A stretch of 64,000 bases of DNA from Octopus bimaculoides (lineage: Eukaryota): positions 7,041,983 to 7,105,982 of the forward strand of contig NC_068987.1 of assembly GCF_001194135.2 (NCBI RefSeq). The letters are read 5' to 3'. Below the pieces are notes generated by a model. The model saw only the letters and a program-made list of their open reading frames with translations. It was not told the origin of the DNA and searched no databases. A program made the translations under genes and the position numbers. Shown piece by piece: positions 14,919 to 26,959 of the stretch (positions within the stretch are counted from its first letter, which is position 1; the number at the start of each line of letters is the position of its first letter).

Positions 14919-15184
14919 CTTCGTATGAAGAGGTACTTTGTGAAATTTAGTTAGTCATGCGAACTCCCGTATATATAAAGATATCATCACAAAATGTAGG
15001 GAGGTGCAGGATATTGTAGCAATCCTACGAGCTTCCTTCTTGAAGTTGCAGACGACTACCACATTCTAACGTTATTTCCCTTGAGCGATGTATCCCACAG
15101 TAGACGATACTTTTCTCCACATCTCTTTTCTGTGAAAAGAATTTCTTTTCTGAGAGTGACAATAATCCAGAGAAACAATATCAT

Positions 15185-15560
15185 TTATATATTTGTAATA
15201 GCGTCCGCTTTACCTTCCAGAGAAATCCGTTGATCTGTGACATGCTTGAAGAATATTGTTTGTTTTATGGATTTGTCATCGTAATTGTTGTCGATGCTGT
15301 TTTTGTGGACAATTTTACTGTTGCTTTCTTGGTTTTTGTCTGTTGCTTTGTTGTTGCTGTTTTTGATAGCCGTGGTTTCACCTGTTGCTCTATTACTGCT
15401 GTCACTGCTTCTTCTCTTGATGCGGTTGTGATTTTTGCTATTGCTAGTGCTGATTATTTTCTGATTCGTTTTGGTTCCGTTACTATTGTAATTGGAGTTC
15501 TCAAGGTTTGTGCTAATGCCAATGATCTTCTTGCTACTATTATGGTCGTTGTTGCTCATG
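15185..15560. repeat. Degenerate (TTG/CTG/TTA)n low-complexity tract
   Basis: Repeating TTG/CTG triplets; gives N/S/T-rich and V/A-rich pseudo-ORFs. Confidence 0.8.
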
Positions 15561-15669
15561 TTTGTATTTTTACTATTTTAAATTATTTGCTGCATCCAGA
15601 GAGAGAGTGGCTACCGCATCGCATTTGAATACTGGCAAATAGAATGGCTTAGGTAAATTAAGCACACGT

Positions 15670-15770
15670 TTGGGGTTGATTACATACGTACCAGTTAAGC
15701 ACTGGGGTCGATGTAATCGCCTTAGCCCCCTCGTCTGATATTGCTGGCCTTGTGTCAAAATTTGAAACGA
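15670..15770 (+). mobile_element. SINE family B, 3' half
   Basis: TTGGGGTTGAT...GTACCAGTTAAGCACTGGGGTCGATGTAATCG...GGCCTTGTGTCAAAATTTGAAAC matches the 3' half of other family B copies. Confidence 0.75.
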
Positions 15771-16153
15771 ATCTGTATCTTTCAAAAGGACTAAATTTAA
15801 ACACAAATATATGTTAAAGTATTACGGAGATGCTCTTGCAAAGCAAGTGCTGTGGGTGAGATCATGTGTTGAAACTAAAGAGATTGCAGCGTGGAAGGCA
15901 AAAGAAACCATTTGGAAACACATGTAGATCGGTAACTTCACTTAAACATATAATTTATAATAGGTTGTAGATACCATCATTCCTCACGACTGCAACAGGT
16001 ACACTGAAAAAAGTTGCTGCAGAGTATCTTTGTCAGAGCACAGGTCGCAGTCTCCAGCGACAAAATCTTTGACTCTGTATTACAAATAGATGTTTGAGCT
16101 ACCGATTTTCGTGTAATTCACACACACACACTCACACACACACACTCACACAC

Positions 16154-16210
<57 letters not shown>

Positions 16211-16516
16211 CACCACACATACATAGTTTATTGGTATAGCTATTCTCCAGCGAAATTTCAATATCTATGTGTCAATGTCTGTATGTGCATATATATGCAT
16301 ATTTGTATGTTTATGTGTATATCTACGTAAATGTGTATATGAGTTCGTGCGTGCGAGTGTGTGCGTATGTGTGTGTGCATGTGTATGTGTGTGTCTGCGT
16401 GTGTGTGTACATACAAGCGAAAGAGAAGATAAATCGATTTTAAATCAACATGATAAATGTGCATGAATATGTAGAAATAGAAATATAAAATATGTGAAGA
16501 GTTTACTGCTTATGTG

Positions 16517-16582
<66 letters not shown>

Positions 16583-16910
16583 CACAATGAAATATTCCTT
16601 TTCTCGCTTCCTTTATATGTATAAGAATCTTTCTAGATTTTATTAAGGTATAAAATGAAATGATATCCCAAGTGTTACATGTGATAATAATTTTTAACAG
16701 TGATTTATAAGAGCCTGCTATACGCACCAGTTCAAAGATCATTGTTATTTCGAATATTCTTAGCAGAAAACATTGTGTTATTTATGAAATTCCATAAAGA
16801 TAGAGAAATGAATTAGAGCTATAAAAATAATCTTTCATAAATTTATGAATATATATGCACCCATGCATGACTGCTTGTACCAAAATATATATCGGCGTAT
16901 GTACGAATGC

Positions 16911-16911
<1 letters not shown>

Positions 16912-16964
<53 letters not shown>

Positions 16965-17006
16965 GTATCTATCTATCTATCTATCTACCTATCTATCTAT
17001 CTGTCT
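16912..17006. repeat. (TCTA)n microsatellite; similar tracts at 40188-40392 (GATA/GA) and 48073-48182 (TCTA/TCTG)
   Basis: Direct reading. Confidence 0.95.
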
Positions 17007-17168
17007 ACAAGGGAATGTCAGAATTATCTGCACTTTCGCCATAACATACCTTTATCATTATTACACTGTCTTCTGCGCAAACGTGCTTATAGTTGCTACT
17101 ATTGTGGACATATAATCGATGTTTGATCCTGATTGCGCCATTTTTCTTTCTGGCTTTACAGTGTAAGC

Positions 17169-17450
17169 ATGGCCGTTCTAGTAGCGATGTGCACCAGAGA
17201 CGAACAAAGAGCAGTGATTCGATTTCATGGTTGGAATGTGTGTCAAGTGCTGAAATTCATGAGAGGCTTTTAACACAACACGGGGACAGTGGACTACCAC
17301 GTAGAAATGTGTGTGAGTGGATCGAAGAGTTTAAAAGTGGCCGGACAAGCGTTATACACTAAGAGGGACCCCGTCAACCTCCACCACTGACATGAAGATT
17401 CAGCAAGCTCGTGAGATGGTAATGGTGAACCGGTAGACATTTGATAGATG
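17169..17450 (+). mobile_element. Mariner transposase remnant, N-terminal HTH region
   Basis: MAVLVAMCTRDEQRAVIRF / WLECVSSAEIHERLLTQHGDSGLPRRNVCEWIEEFKSGRTSV / KIQQAREMVMVNR, the characteristic mariner DNA-binding N-terminus, frameshifted. Confidence 0.9.
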
Positions 17451-18508
17451 TATGTTTTGTTTACGCGTTGACTTTTGCTCAAGTCCATTACGCCATAGCA
17501 AGTCATCATTCTGAGGTGGGGATATAAATGCTGAGAAAGCCATCCCTTTGTCTTCCTTATTTTCATGTTTGATTTAGTTTTGAAGCCGCTACGTTTCTGT
17601 GATATAGATTAATTTTCTATGTGATTTTGTAGCGTATTTATTATTATTTGAATATGTTGAGACCTGGTCCAAATAGGAAGCGTCTCTGCAACCGCTCATG
17701 ATGCTAAAAATAGCTGCCATTGCACCAGCTGTCCATATCCTCCCTTGTCCCTCTATTCAAGTAAGGGAAGAGAATTTTGTGAACACCAAATCAAAAACTG
17801 GAAGTATTGTATCCTGGCGTTGATATTTCGTTATATAATTATAATCGATAATCAGATGAAAAGATTTTTAACAATAATGAGAATTAGAAACAATAAGAAA
17901 TGTATTGTCGTGGTGTCGTATATCATGTGCATCTCAGCCTGGCCCTCAAGACCATTCCGCCTCTGGGATATTGAGTATACCTGGAAATCGTTAAATGTTA
18001 TACGGAAAAGGGAACCTGCATCGAGGAATCACAGGCTCTGGTTTTAAAAACTCTGTCATATCCCTCTACAGATCTCTTAGACATGGAATAGCAAGGACTT
18101 AGATCATGCTAAGAAAAAGGAAAGCATCACAGTGTTACACAGCTTATGGCATTTATCATAAAGCAGTGCTAAAGCCAAACTCACATTTTACTTCAATACT
18201 CTAGATAATATAATGCAGCACATCATGAAAATAACGATTTATATGTTTTCTATTGCTTTTCCGTTTTGAATTTTTCCCACTTTCTAATCAATTACAACAG
18301 ATATTCGTCGTTGGCACAACGTATAATGAATAATGGTAATAGCATGTGTATAAATTACTGAGCATATCTACAATATATCATACTAGGAAGATTCCATTCA
18401 AAAATGTATGAAAATATATTTACAATATTTATTGGAATTCCTGAAAGACAAATCACAATGACTATTGAAACCTACTACTATAATCAAATATTGATTATAC
18501 GGTTTCTG

Positions 18509-18727
18509 AAGGCGGTGAGCTGGCTGAACCGTTAGCACGCCGGGCAAAATGCTTGGCGGCATTTCGTCCGTCTTTACGTTCTGAGTTTAAATGTCGCTGA
18601 GGTCTACTTTGACTTTCATCCTTGCGGGGTCGATAAAATAAGTACCAGCTGAGCGCTGAGGTCAGTGTATTTGGCTCACCCCTTCCTCCCAAATTCCTAG
18701 CCTTCTACCTGTAGTCGAAAGGATTGA
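18509..18727 (+). mobile_element. SINE family B, near full length
   Basis: AAGGCGGTGAGCTGGCTGAACCGTTAGCACGCCGGGCAAAATGC...TTTCATCCTTGCGGGGTCGATAAAATAAGTACCAG. Confidence 0.9.
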
Positions 18728-19114
18728 TTTCACAGATTTTTAAACGAATATATTTCAACCAGAAAATTCGAGTTTCAAATTGGCCCAAATAAACAGCGGA
18801 TTTCTAGCAGGCGATATATCGTACCGTATCTTTCCAGTAACTTCTATTTTGTCGAAACGAAGCATATGAAAGAAAAAGTTCAACCTGGTGGGGTCTGAAT
18901 TTTTAACATGGCAGAAAGTAACTAAATTATGCAACGTATTCAATCCCAGATGGCTATAGCTAAATCTATCAATTGTATGTGAAGGTGAACAATTTGAGTT
19001 TAGAGCAATACTTAATTAGCAAGAGGAAATGGATGCATATTTGATTAAATTGGTTCAGTTAGTAACTTCATTTGATAACTGGATGCAATATAACTAATAC
19101 TATCCAAACATTTT

Positions 19115-19340
19115 AAGGTGGTGAGCTGGCAGAATCGTTAACACGTCGGACAAAATGTTTAGCAGTGTTTCGTCCGTCTGTACGTTCTGATTTCAAATTC
19201 TTCCGAGGTATTTGCCTTTCTTTCCTTCGATGTCGACAAAAGAAGTGCCAGTTGAACTGGTATTCAACTGGTACTTCTTTGGATGTAATAGACTCATGCT
19301 CTCCACCAAATTTACTGATATTCAGTCAAGCATTTGAAAA
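19115..19340 (+). mobile_element. SINE family B, degenerate, with internal fold-back
   Basis: Family B head and body; the central AAGTACCAGTTGA segment appears as an inverted duplication. Confidence 0.8.
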
Positions 19341-22300
19341 CAATATTATCCAAAAATTTCATTTTGTTAACCACCTGAAATTGCGACTCATATATTTTCG
19401 TTCAGTTATAGCTTTGCAAGCTGCCCATTTAGAGAGGCAAACGTCACCTTCTCATCGATAATTACCTGAATGTCTAAAACGTTTTCCTTTGTATAAACTA
19501 AACTTCGTAACGTGATTAATTTATTGACATTCGTAACTGTTGACACAAGGTTCGATAACAAAATATATTTTAATCGAATATTATAGAATATCATATTACC
19601 TGTTAGAAACCTATAACATCGATAATTATGCTGATGTCTAAAATATTTAACTTTAGATGGACGAAACTCCGTAACGTGATTCATTCATTGGTATTCGTGA
19701 CTGATTACGCATAGATCCGTTAGCAAAGTATAAATTAACGGTATATTATAGAATATCGGAATAGGTGTTAGAAATCTGTAGCATGGTGACGAATATTACT
19801 TGCTGCTTCTTATTCAGGAGTCTGTTTTTAATTGCACCATTCACATGAACATTATAAAAAATTGCATAAATTAATATTCTATTTAATTGCTTAATGCATA
19901 GAGCAGACATATACAAGTTACTTTGTTTCTTTACAGAGAACTTTGACACCCAAATCTAGGTTAGTCTTTTCTGTAGGCAGAAACAATATTTTATTACTTT
20001 GTTTTATCTCTTTCTGAACAATGAAAAAACCAAGTCTTTTTTATGAGATTCCAGTCATAAGAGGAACAATCCGTCTGCGCTATAAATCCTTCCGCATCGA
20101 CCTTTTCTCTTGAATTTCCTGGAGGAAGCGAGTATTATGAACCCAATGTATATTATTGCATATTTCCTTTAATAGAAGATTGAACGCTCCAAGGAGGAAA
20201 CGATTAATAAAATAATACGAAGATGTATTGTATAACCACTAGAGAAATCCTATATGAGGAACAGACTGTTAAAGGTATAAACACTGTTTAGACAATATAA
20301 TATGAAACTGAATCTGTATTCAAATGCTACACACGCCAAGTAAAACATTTGAGAAGAGTTGCTTTCTATACTGCTCGTAACATTGTTTGGAAATGTTTGT
20401 CAATCATCAAATGCATTTAGTTTTATGTTTTGCTCTTTCATGTAAGGATTGCCTTTGCTTTGTATGTATTTGTTTATGTATCTGGTGGCTGCAATCAATT
20501 TTCCTTTCACTAATATTTCACCAATAATATTCAAACACATGAGACTAATTAACTTCACGTTTCCTAGTTGCTTCCAATGACAAAGGCGGCGTCTGCAAAA
20601 GAGAGATGATCAATAGAAATTTAAATTAGATTCTTTCATTTATTTTATTGTCAAAGGATTCAATCATCAAATGGGAAGACTATAAATATTTATTTCACTA
20701 ACGAGTGAAATAAAAAGAATAAAGGATTAAATACTTGTGATTTATGAGTGAACATTCGTAATCAGTCGAATACAATATATTAAAATGTGATTGATCCTAT
20801 TGTCTTCAACAGTCCGGAAAATAGTTGCCTACAAATGAATTTTGTAGGACACAGAAATGTTAAAAATCAGATGGTCTGCAAATATATGAATTTCTCTTCA
20901 TCATTTTACAACCATCCATGTTACATAAATGGAAGGTAACACTTGTGTTGTACAAATATGCTCTTAGAAAAAAAAATCAAGCCATTTACTGTCGTATGCT
21001 ATTCTTTGAAAATATTTGCTTAATAATTTCAAACTAGGATTATTCTGATTGTCGGGAAAACTGAAAGATTGATTTGTTGACATATTTCTGATTTATGTTA
21101 GTGATTGAGTAACATACTGTTATGTCTCAAGCTACTGCTATCTAGCACCTTCGGATGATCTCTACTCAACAGCCAGACAACTGTCAGTCAACACTTACCA
21201 CGGTCTGACTACCTCTATTTATATGTCTTGGTCGAGCCTACTTCTTCTCTTGGGGGCGACGACACAACACATACAGAGTTCAACGTGCAGAGATATGATA
21301 CTGCTTGTTCATCGCGAGGACAGAGACATCTGTGGGGGCATTAAAAGAGTGACATTAAATAGTGATATTCATCCACAGAGATTTGCCAGGCGGACTTTCT
21401 TTACTGAGAGATTACATCTACTTCTCCAGGAACATTTGTAACTTATCAGGTAACTATACTAGCTTAAAAGGCACTCTTTTCAAAGTCACGCGGCCTACTG
21501 AGATAGAAGCCTTATATTCCTTAAATCAAAACATAGAAGAACATGATACTTTGAATAAAGGGGTTGTGATTCACTCTGCTTATGTAAACAGATCGGGGTT
21601 GACCTGGCGCAAATAACAACATAGGAAATGAAATAATTGTCCGGTTGCAGCAGTGACACTGAAATTCAAATATGTGTACAATGACAGATTTTAAACCGAA
21701 TTAAGAAAAAGAAATCTTGATAATACAAACGTGAAAGGACTACAAAATCTAATGACCTTGATTTAGTTATTGGTGAGAGAAAGCCTGGCAAGCAAATGTT
21801 AGGTTTTATTGTTCATACATTTCCCAAATGATTAATAATGGAAAAGAACAGAAATAGTGTGAGTCAGCAAGTTTCTTTTTTATTGCAGGCTTGGTCTAGA
21901 GGAAAGAATGAGCTTATGAACTTGCAGTGCTTCCGCGACAAGTGGGATCGCCGCAGTTAATGTATCTTTTGAGCTATTAAATAGGAGTAGCGCATAAACA
22001 AAAAGAACATGCAATGGGAGGGGGCGGGGGTTGTAGAAGGCCGCCTTTCTGGAGAGAAAGACCTGTGTGAATTGTTGCAAGCAAAAGATTTGTTAGGGTG
22101 TACGCATTATGAATGAGGAGTGAATTATAGTTACTTGAGAAGAGGAGCTTCAATATGAATCAGGATTGAGAATGGTGTATTGTACATGCGGTAGAAATGG
22201 CAAATGGTGGATGTATTAGCCATGTAAGCTTAGAGGCTGGAGTGTATTGGGCAGTAATTTTGCCACAACCGGTTCTGTGCTTTTTTCGTTTTTCTTTTTT

Positions 22301-22429
22301 TTTTTCCAGGTGGTTCTAGATGCCTGCATATTTAGCAGCAAACCGTCACAGATGTAGAACTTGTACACGTTGTTGATCTTTTCTGAGCTTTTAGATTACT
22401 ATCCCTATTTTGCAGAAAAAAGTGTAAGC

Positions 22430-22506
22430 GGCTAGCTATGAGACTCGAACACACACCTCCGTGATTACGCGTCGCGGTGCTCGTAGACAGATTAAGCTAA
22501 ACTACC
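22430..22506 (-). pseudogene. tRNA-like sequence (tRNA pseudogene or isolated SINE head; CGT in the anticodon-like loop, Thr-like)
   Basis: Minus strand GGTAGTTTAGCTTAATCTGTCTACGAGCACCGCGACGCGTAATCACGGAGGTGTGTGTTCGAGTCTCATAGCTAGCC has T8A9GCT, GAGCA, a TTCGAGT T-loop and an imperfect acceptor stem; several mismatches. Confidence 0.55.
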
Positions 22507-23732
22507 TACCACAAGTTTTTCTGCAAATTTAAGATGTATAGAAATTTCGCTTTATGAGATGTTATCATATGTTAAATTCAAAATTACGATAAATGTAAAC
22601 AAACAAACGAAGCTTGCTTTTAGAAGCGATGAGATGTCTTAGAAAGTTAAAGAAGTGATTTTAAATTCTCAAACGCAGGATAATGCTAGTAATATAGCCT
22701 GAACAGGATATTAATATATTTTCTCGCAGTGAATCCTCAAAAGCATAATTCTCAGTTTATTTATCTTATACGATACAAAGGAGTCCTTTATTTTGCATCA
22801 TCTGTGTAGATCAAAACGGTTGTACCTAACATATTACAAAATGTTGTTTAAATAAGTCACTAATTAGGTGTATAAAGGCATCTACATTAGTGGGGTTATA
22901 ATCAAGTGAGTAGAGTAAGGATCCTACAAAATTAGTAAACTAAGATTTAGAATCACGAGCCCGTAATTTATCGTTGTTAGTAGTTTATTTTAGTACCAGT
23001 TAAAATTTTATCAGCAATAAAATATTGACTACTCGGTAGGGAAGGAACCAAACGTATCAAAATTGAACTTACGATTAGATATGACGATTGCGACATTCGA
23101 AAACCTGTTACCAGACAACCTATATCGACCAACATTTCGCATTATACCATTAGATGCAGCATAAGCTGAAATCTATTTGCGTCACTTCGTACGCAGTTAC
23201 TGCCAAGATATTGTCATTCTACTAATGAGGTATTTAACGGAATATATTTTTGTCGATTCGTTACTTGAGATGATTACACTACTTACTTAATGTTGACAGT
23301 CATGTTGAAAAGTTTCGCAGTCAAATAAAAATATAACAGGTTTTTCAGATCTGCAGCAGAAAAATATTATATATATATATGTGTGTGTGTGCGTGTGTGT
23401 GTGTGTGTGTAACATATATGATTTGTCATTGTTTGTTCGCAAATTGAACTTGACGCAAGAAACTTACGAGCAAAAATGTTCTAGGAATAGCCATTCCATT
23501 TATTCGGGAGTATGTAAAACATCTTATGTGCCCTTACCTTTACCAATGAGCTAGGATGTGAGTTGAGATTTAGCAGCAGTCGAGATGAAGTTTAATAATG
23601 TTTAGCACAATAAACAGTATCTAATACAGCTAAACCCTCAGAAAACAAATTTCAGTTACCTTCACTTAGAAAGTTACGTATAGAATTCTGCTGAACTGAA
23701 TGGAATTGGTAACATAAAATCGAAATGAGCAG

Positions 23733-23850
23733 AACAGGACACCTTACATGTTAGACAGGGCAGTTAAGTCCCAAAACACGAATAAGAGTAATTTGAAAGG
23801 GAATGAACAATAATAGTGTTTCAATAGTTACTCCAAGACTCGAGTTTCTG
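23733..23850 (+). repeat. 118-bp element end, inverted copy of 25226-25343
   Basis: Manual alignment with the reverse complement of 25226-25343: 10 mismatches in 118 bp, no gaps. Confidence 0.9.
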
Positions 23851-24579
23851 TATATATATANNNNNNNNNNNNNNNNNNNNNNNNNNNNNNNNNNNNNNNN
23901 NNNNNNNNNNNNNNNNNNNNNNNNNNNNNNNNNNNNNNNNNNNNNNNNNNNNNNNNNNNNNNNNNNNNNNNNNNNNNNNNNNNNNNNNNNNNNNNNNNNN
24001 NNNNNNNNNNNNNNNNNNNNNNNNNNNNNNNNNNNNNNNNNNNNNNNNNNNNNNNNNNNNNNNNNNNNNNNNNNNNNNNNNNNNNNNNNNNNNNNNNNNN
24101 NNNNNNNNNNNNNNNNNNNNNNNNNNNNNNNNNNNNNNNNNNNNNNNNNNNNNNNNNNNNNNNNNNNNNNNNNNNNNNNNNNNNNNNNNNNNNNNNNNNN
24201 NNNNNNNNNNNNNNNNNNNNNNNNNNNNNNNNNNNNNNNNNNNNNNNNNNNNNNNNNNNNNNNNNNNNNNNNNNNNNNNNNNNNNNNNNNNNNNNNNNNN
24301 NNNNNNNNNNNNNNNNNNNNNNNNNNNNNNNNNNNNNNNNNNNNNNNNNNNNNNNNNNNNNNNNNNNNNNNNNNNNNNNNNNNNNNNNNNNNNNNNNNNN
24401 NNNNNNNNNNNNNNNNNNNNNNNNNNNNNNNNNNNNNNNNNNNNNNNNNNNNNNNNNNNNNNNNNNNNNNNNNNNNNNNNNNNNNNNNNNNNNNNNNNNN
24501 NNNNNNNNNNNNNNNNNNNNNNNNNNNNNNNNNNNNNNNNNNNNNNNNNNNNNNNNNNNNNNNATATATATATATATAC

Positions 24580-24582
24580 TAC

Positions 24583-24652
<70 letters not shown>
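24580..24652. repeat. (TAG)n trinucleotide microsatellite
   Basis: Direct reading. Confidence 0.95.
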
Positions 24653-24653
<1 letters not shown>

Positions 24654-26129
24654 TTTGTTGCTTGGTGGTATGCAACTAAATCATCAACAGGTTATAGAAA
24701 ATTGACTCTGCACATTCGTCGACAAGGTTAAATAATTTATTTTCAGTGTTAATAATAAATTCCAAGATGAATCCTCAAGAGAGAAGTACAGACTTCGCCC
24801 GAATCTCAAGACTACAATTTGAATTACAAAATTGTAATCTACTAAGAATTATGATAGTTTTTCAACTATACTCTGGATGCTATATCTTGGAAGTTATTGC
24901 TAATCTAGAAATAAAATTTCATATGCAAGCATGTACAGGCACAGATACATGTGTATCGGTTTGGGTACGTGACACTGATAAGCCACAAAAATGAGGAAAC
25001 ATTGGTGTCCATCACTCCTGGATGAGATCTGGGGTGAATTGTCTCGCGTGTCTATGATTTTTAGATATTTTAATACCTGGCGCGTTCAGAGAGTAATCTG
25101 CACCACGTCTGTGTATTTGGAAGTTGACGTTCTTTATAGGGGTGTCTAAAAAATGGAGTTGCATTAATCGTAGCAGCCTTACTGAAGAAGCACAGATGGC
25201 AAATTAGTTTATTTGCACATAAATTCAGAAACTCGAGCCTGGGGCTAACTATAGAAACATTTTTATTGTTCATTCCCTTTCAAATTACTCTTATTCGTGT
25301 TTTGGGCCTTAACTGCCCTGTCTAGCAGGTAAGGTGTCCTGTTAAAGGTCACCTCTTTTGTGTATAAATACGTACACTATACGTACATACATACATACAT
25401 ACATATATATATANNNNNNNNNNNNNNNNNNNNNNNNNNNNNNNNNNNNNNNNNNNNNNNNNNNNNNNNNNNNNNNNNNNNNNNNNNNNNNNNNNNNNNN
25501 NNNNNNNNNNNNNNNNNNNNNNNNNNNNNNNNNNNNNNNNNNNNNNNNNNNNNNNNNNNNNNNNNNNNNNNNNNNNNNNNNNNNNNNNNNNNNNNNNNNN
25601 NNNNNNNNNNNNNNNNNNNNNNNNNNNNNNNNNNNNNNNNNNNNNNNNNNNNNNNNNNNNNNNNNNNNNNNNNNNNNNNNNNNNNNNNNNNNNNNNNNNN
25701 NNNNNNNNNNNNNNNNNNNNNNNNNNNNNNNNNNNNNNNNNNNNNNNNNNNNNNNNNNNNNNNNNNNNNNNNNNNNNNNNNNNNNNNNNNNNNNNNNNNN
25801 NNNNNNNNNNNNNNNNNNNNNNNNNNNNNNNNNNNTATATATATATATATATATATTACAGCTCTGTTATTAGTGGGTCCAACTAGAAATCACTCCAGCC
25901 AGCGAGAGATAAATATCACTTGCTATCCAGAGGATTCATACATCTCATAGGTTCTTTCTTTCGCCCATGGTTTCTGCTCATTTCGATTTTATGCGACCAA
26001 TTCCATTCAGTTCAGCTGGAAAACTCAGAATGTGTTCAAAATGAATGTCAAGTACTTTATGCCGTCGTCATTCGGTTGATCAAAATATGATCAGCTAGCC
26101 GAAGGATTCAACAGAATTACGTAATACCG

Positions 26130-26325
26130 GTTTCAAATTTTTGTACGACGCCCGCCAGCAATTTCTTTGAATTAGCTTGATTATATCGATCTCAGTGTTT
26201 AACCGCTACTTATTAACCCCCGAAAGGATGAAATGCAAAGTCGTTCCCAACGGAATGTGAACTTGGTAGAAATGCCGCTAAGCATTGTGCGCGACGTGGT
26301 AACGATTCTGCTAGCTCGTTGTCTG
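26130..26325 (-). mobile_element. SINE family B, degenerate
   Basis: CCCCGAAAGGATGAAATGCAAAGTCG...AAATGCCGCTAAGCATT...GTAACGATTCTGCTAGCTCG is the reverse complement of the family B body and head. Confidence 0.75.
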
Positions 26326-26959
26326 CAGAATTCTGTAATATCAGTTTTTATTTACGGAAAGTTAAGCATTTGGGAAGTGGATGTAATTTTAACCACTTTA
26401 TTTGTTCACTTGACTAACAGTTAATGAACTTAACAGTATGATATATTATAAGCAGAGTTAATGTTAAAGGTGACACATTAATAACATTGGGTTTCTTTTG
26501 TTTGATAGCTATTTTATATCCCATTATCTCTGATTTCGATCTAAAATAAAATTGTTAATTTGCTTATTTAAGGCATTATTTGTTGCTTCTCTATTTTGCG
26601 TTGATTTATCGAATCTATCCTATATTCTAGTATTTTGTGTAAAACACTTCCTGGTGCAGCTGTTCTTATGTAAGGATTTATATAATTACGTCTTGAATGA
26701 CATGTCCCTGAGATATTTTTTTTTTATTTTACGCCATTGTTCCCTGTTTCTCGCTGCAGCTTAGTTCGCCGGGAAAATTTATAATCTGCTTTGAATTTCT
26801 GAAAGCACGTTTTGTCTTCGTGTAATTTCGGTTTATCATGAAATGATGAAACTTTGATTTGGACGTTCGTATGTTGAAATTAAGACTGGTTCATACAAAC
26901 ACATCGACAACCTTACATGTAACTTTTGCCCAGGACACATTTTCTACCTTCCTCTCAGA

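Noticed and set aside
21362-21616. IHRDL motif suggesting a protein kinase
   Set aside because: No following catalytic-loop residues, no DFG or other subdomains, and surrounding frames are full of stops.
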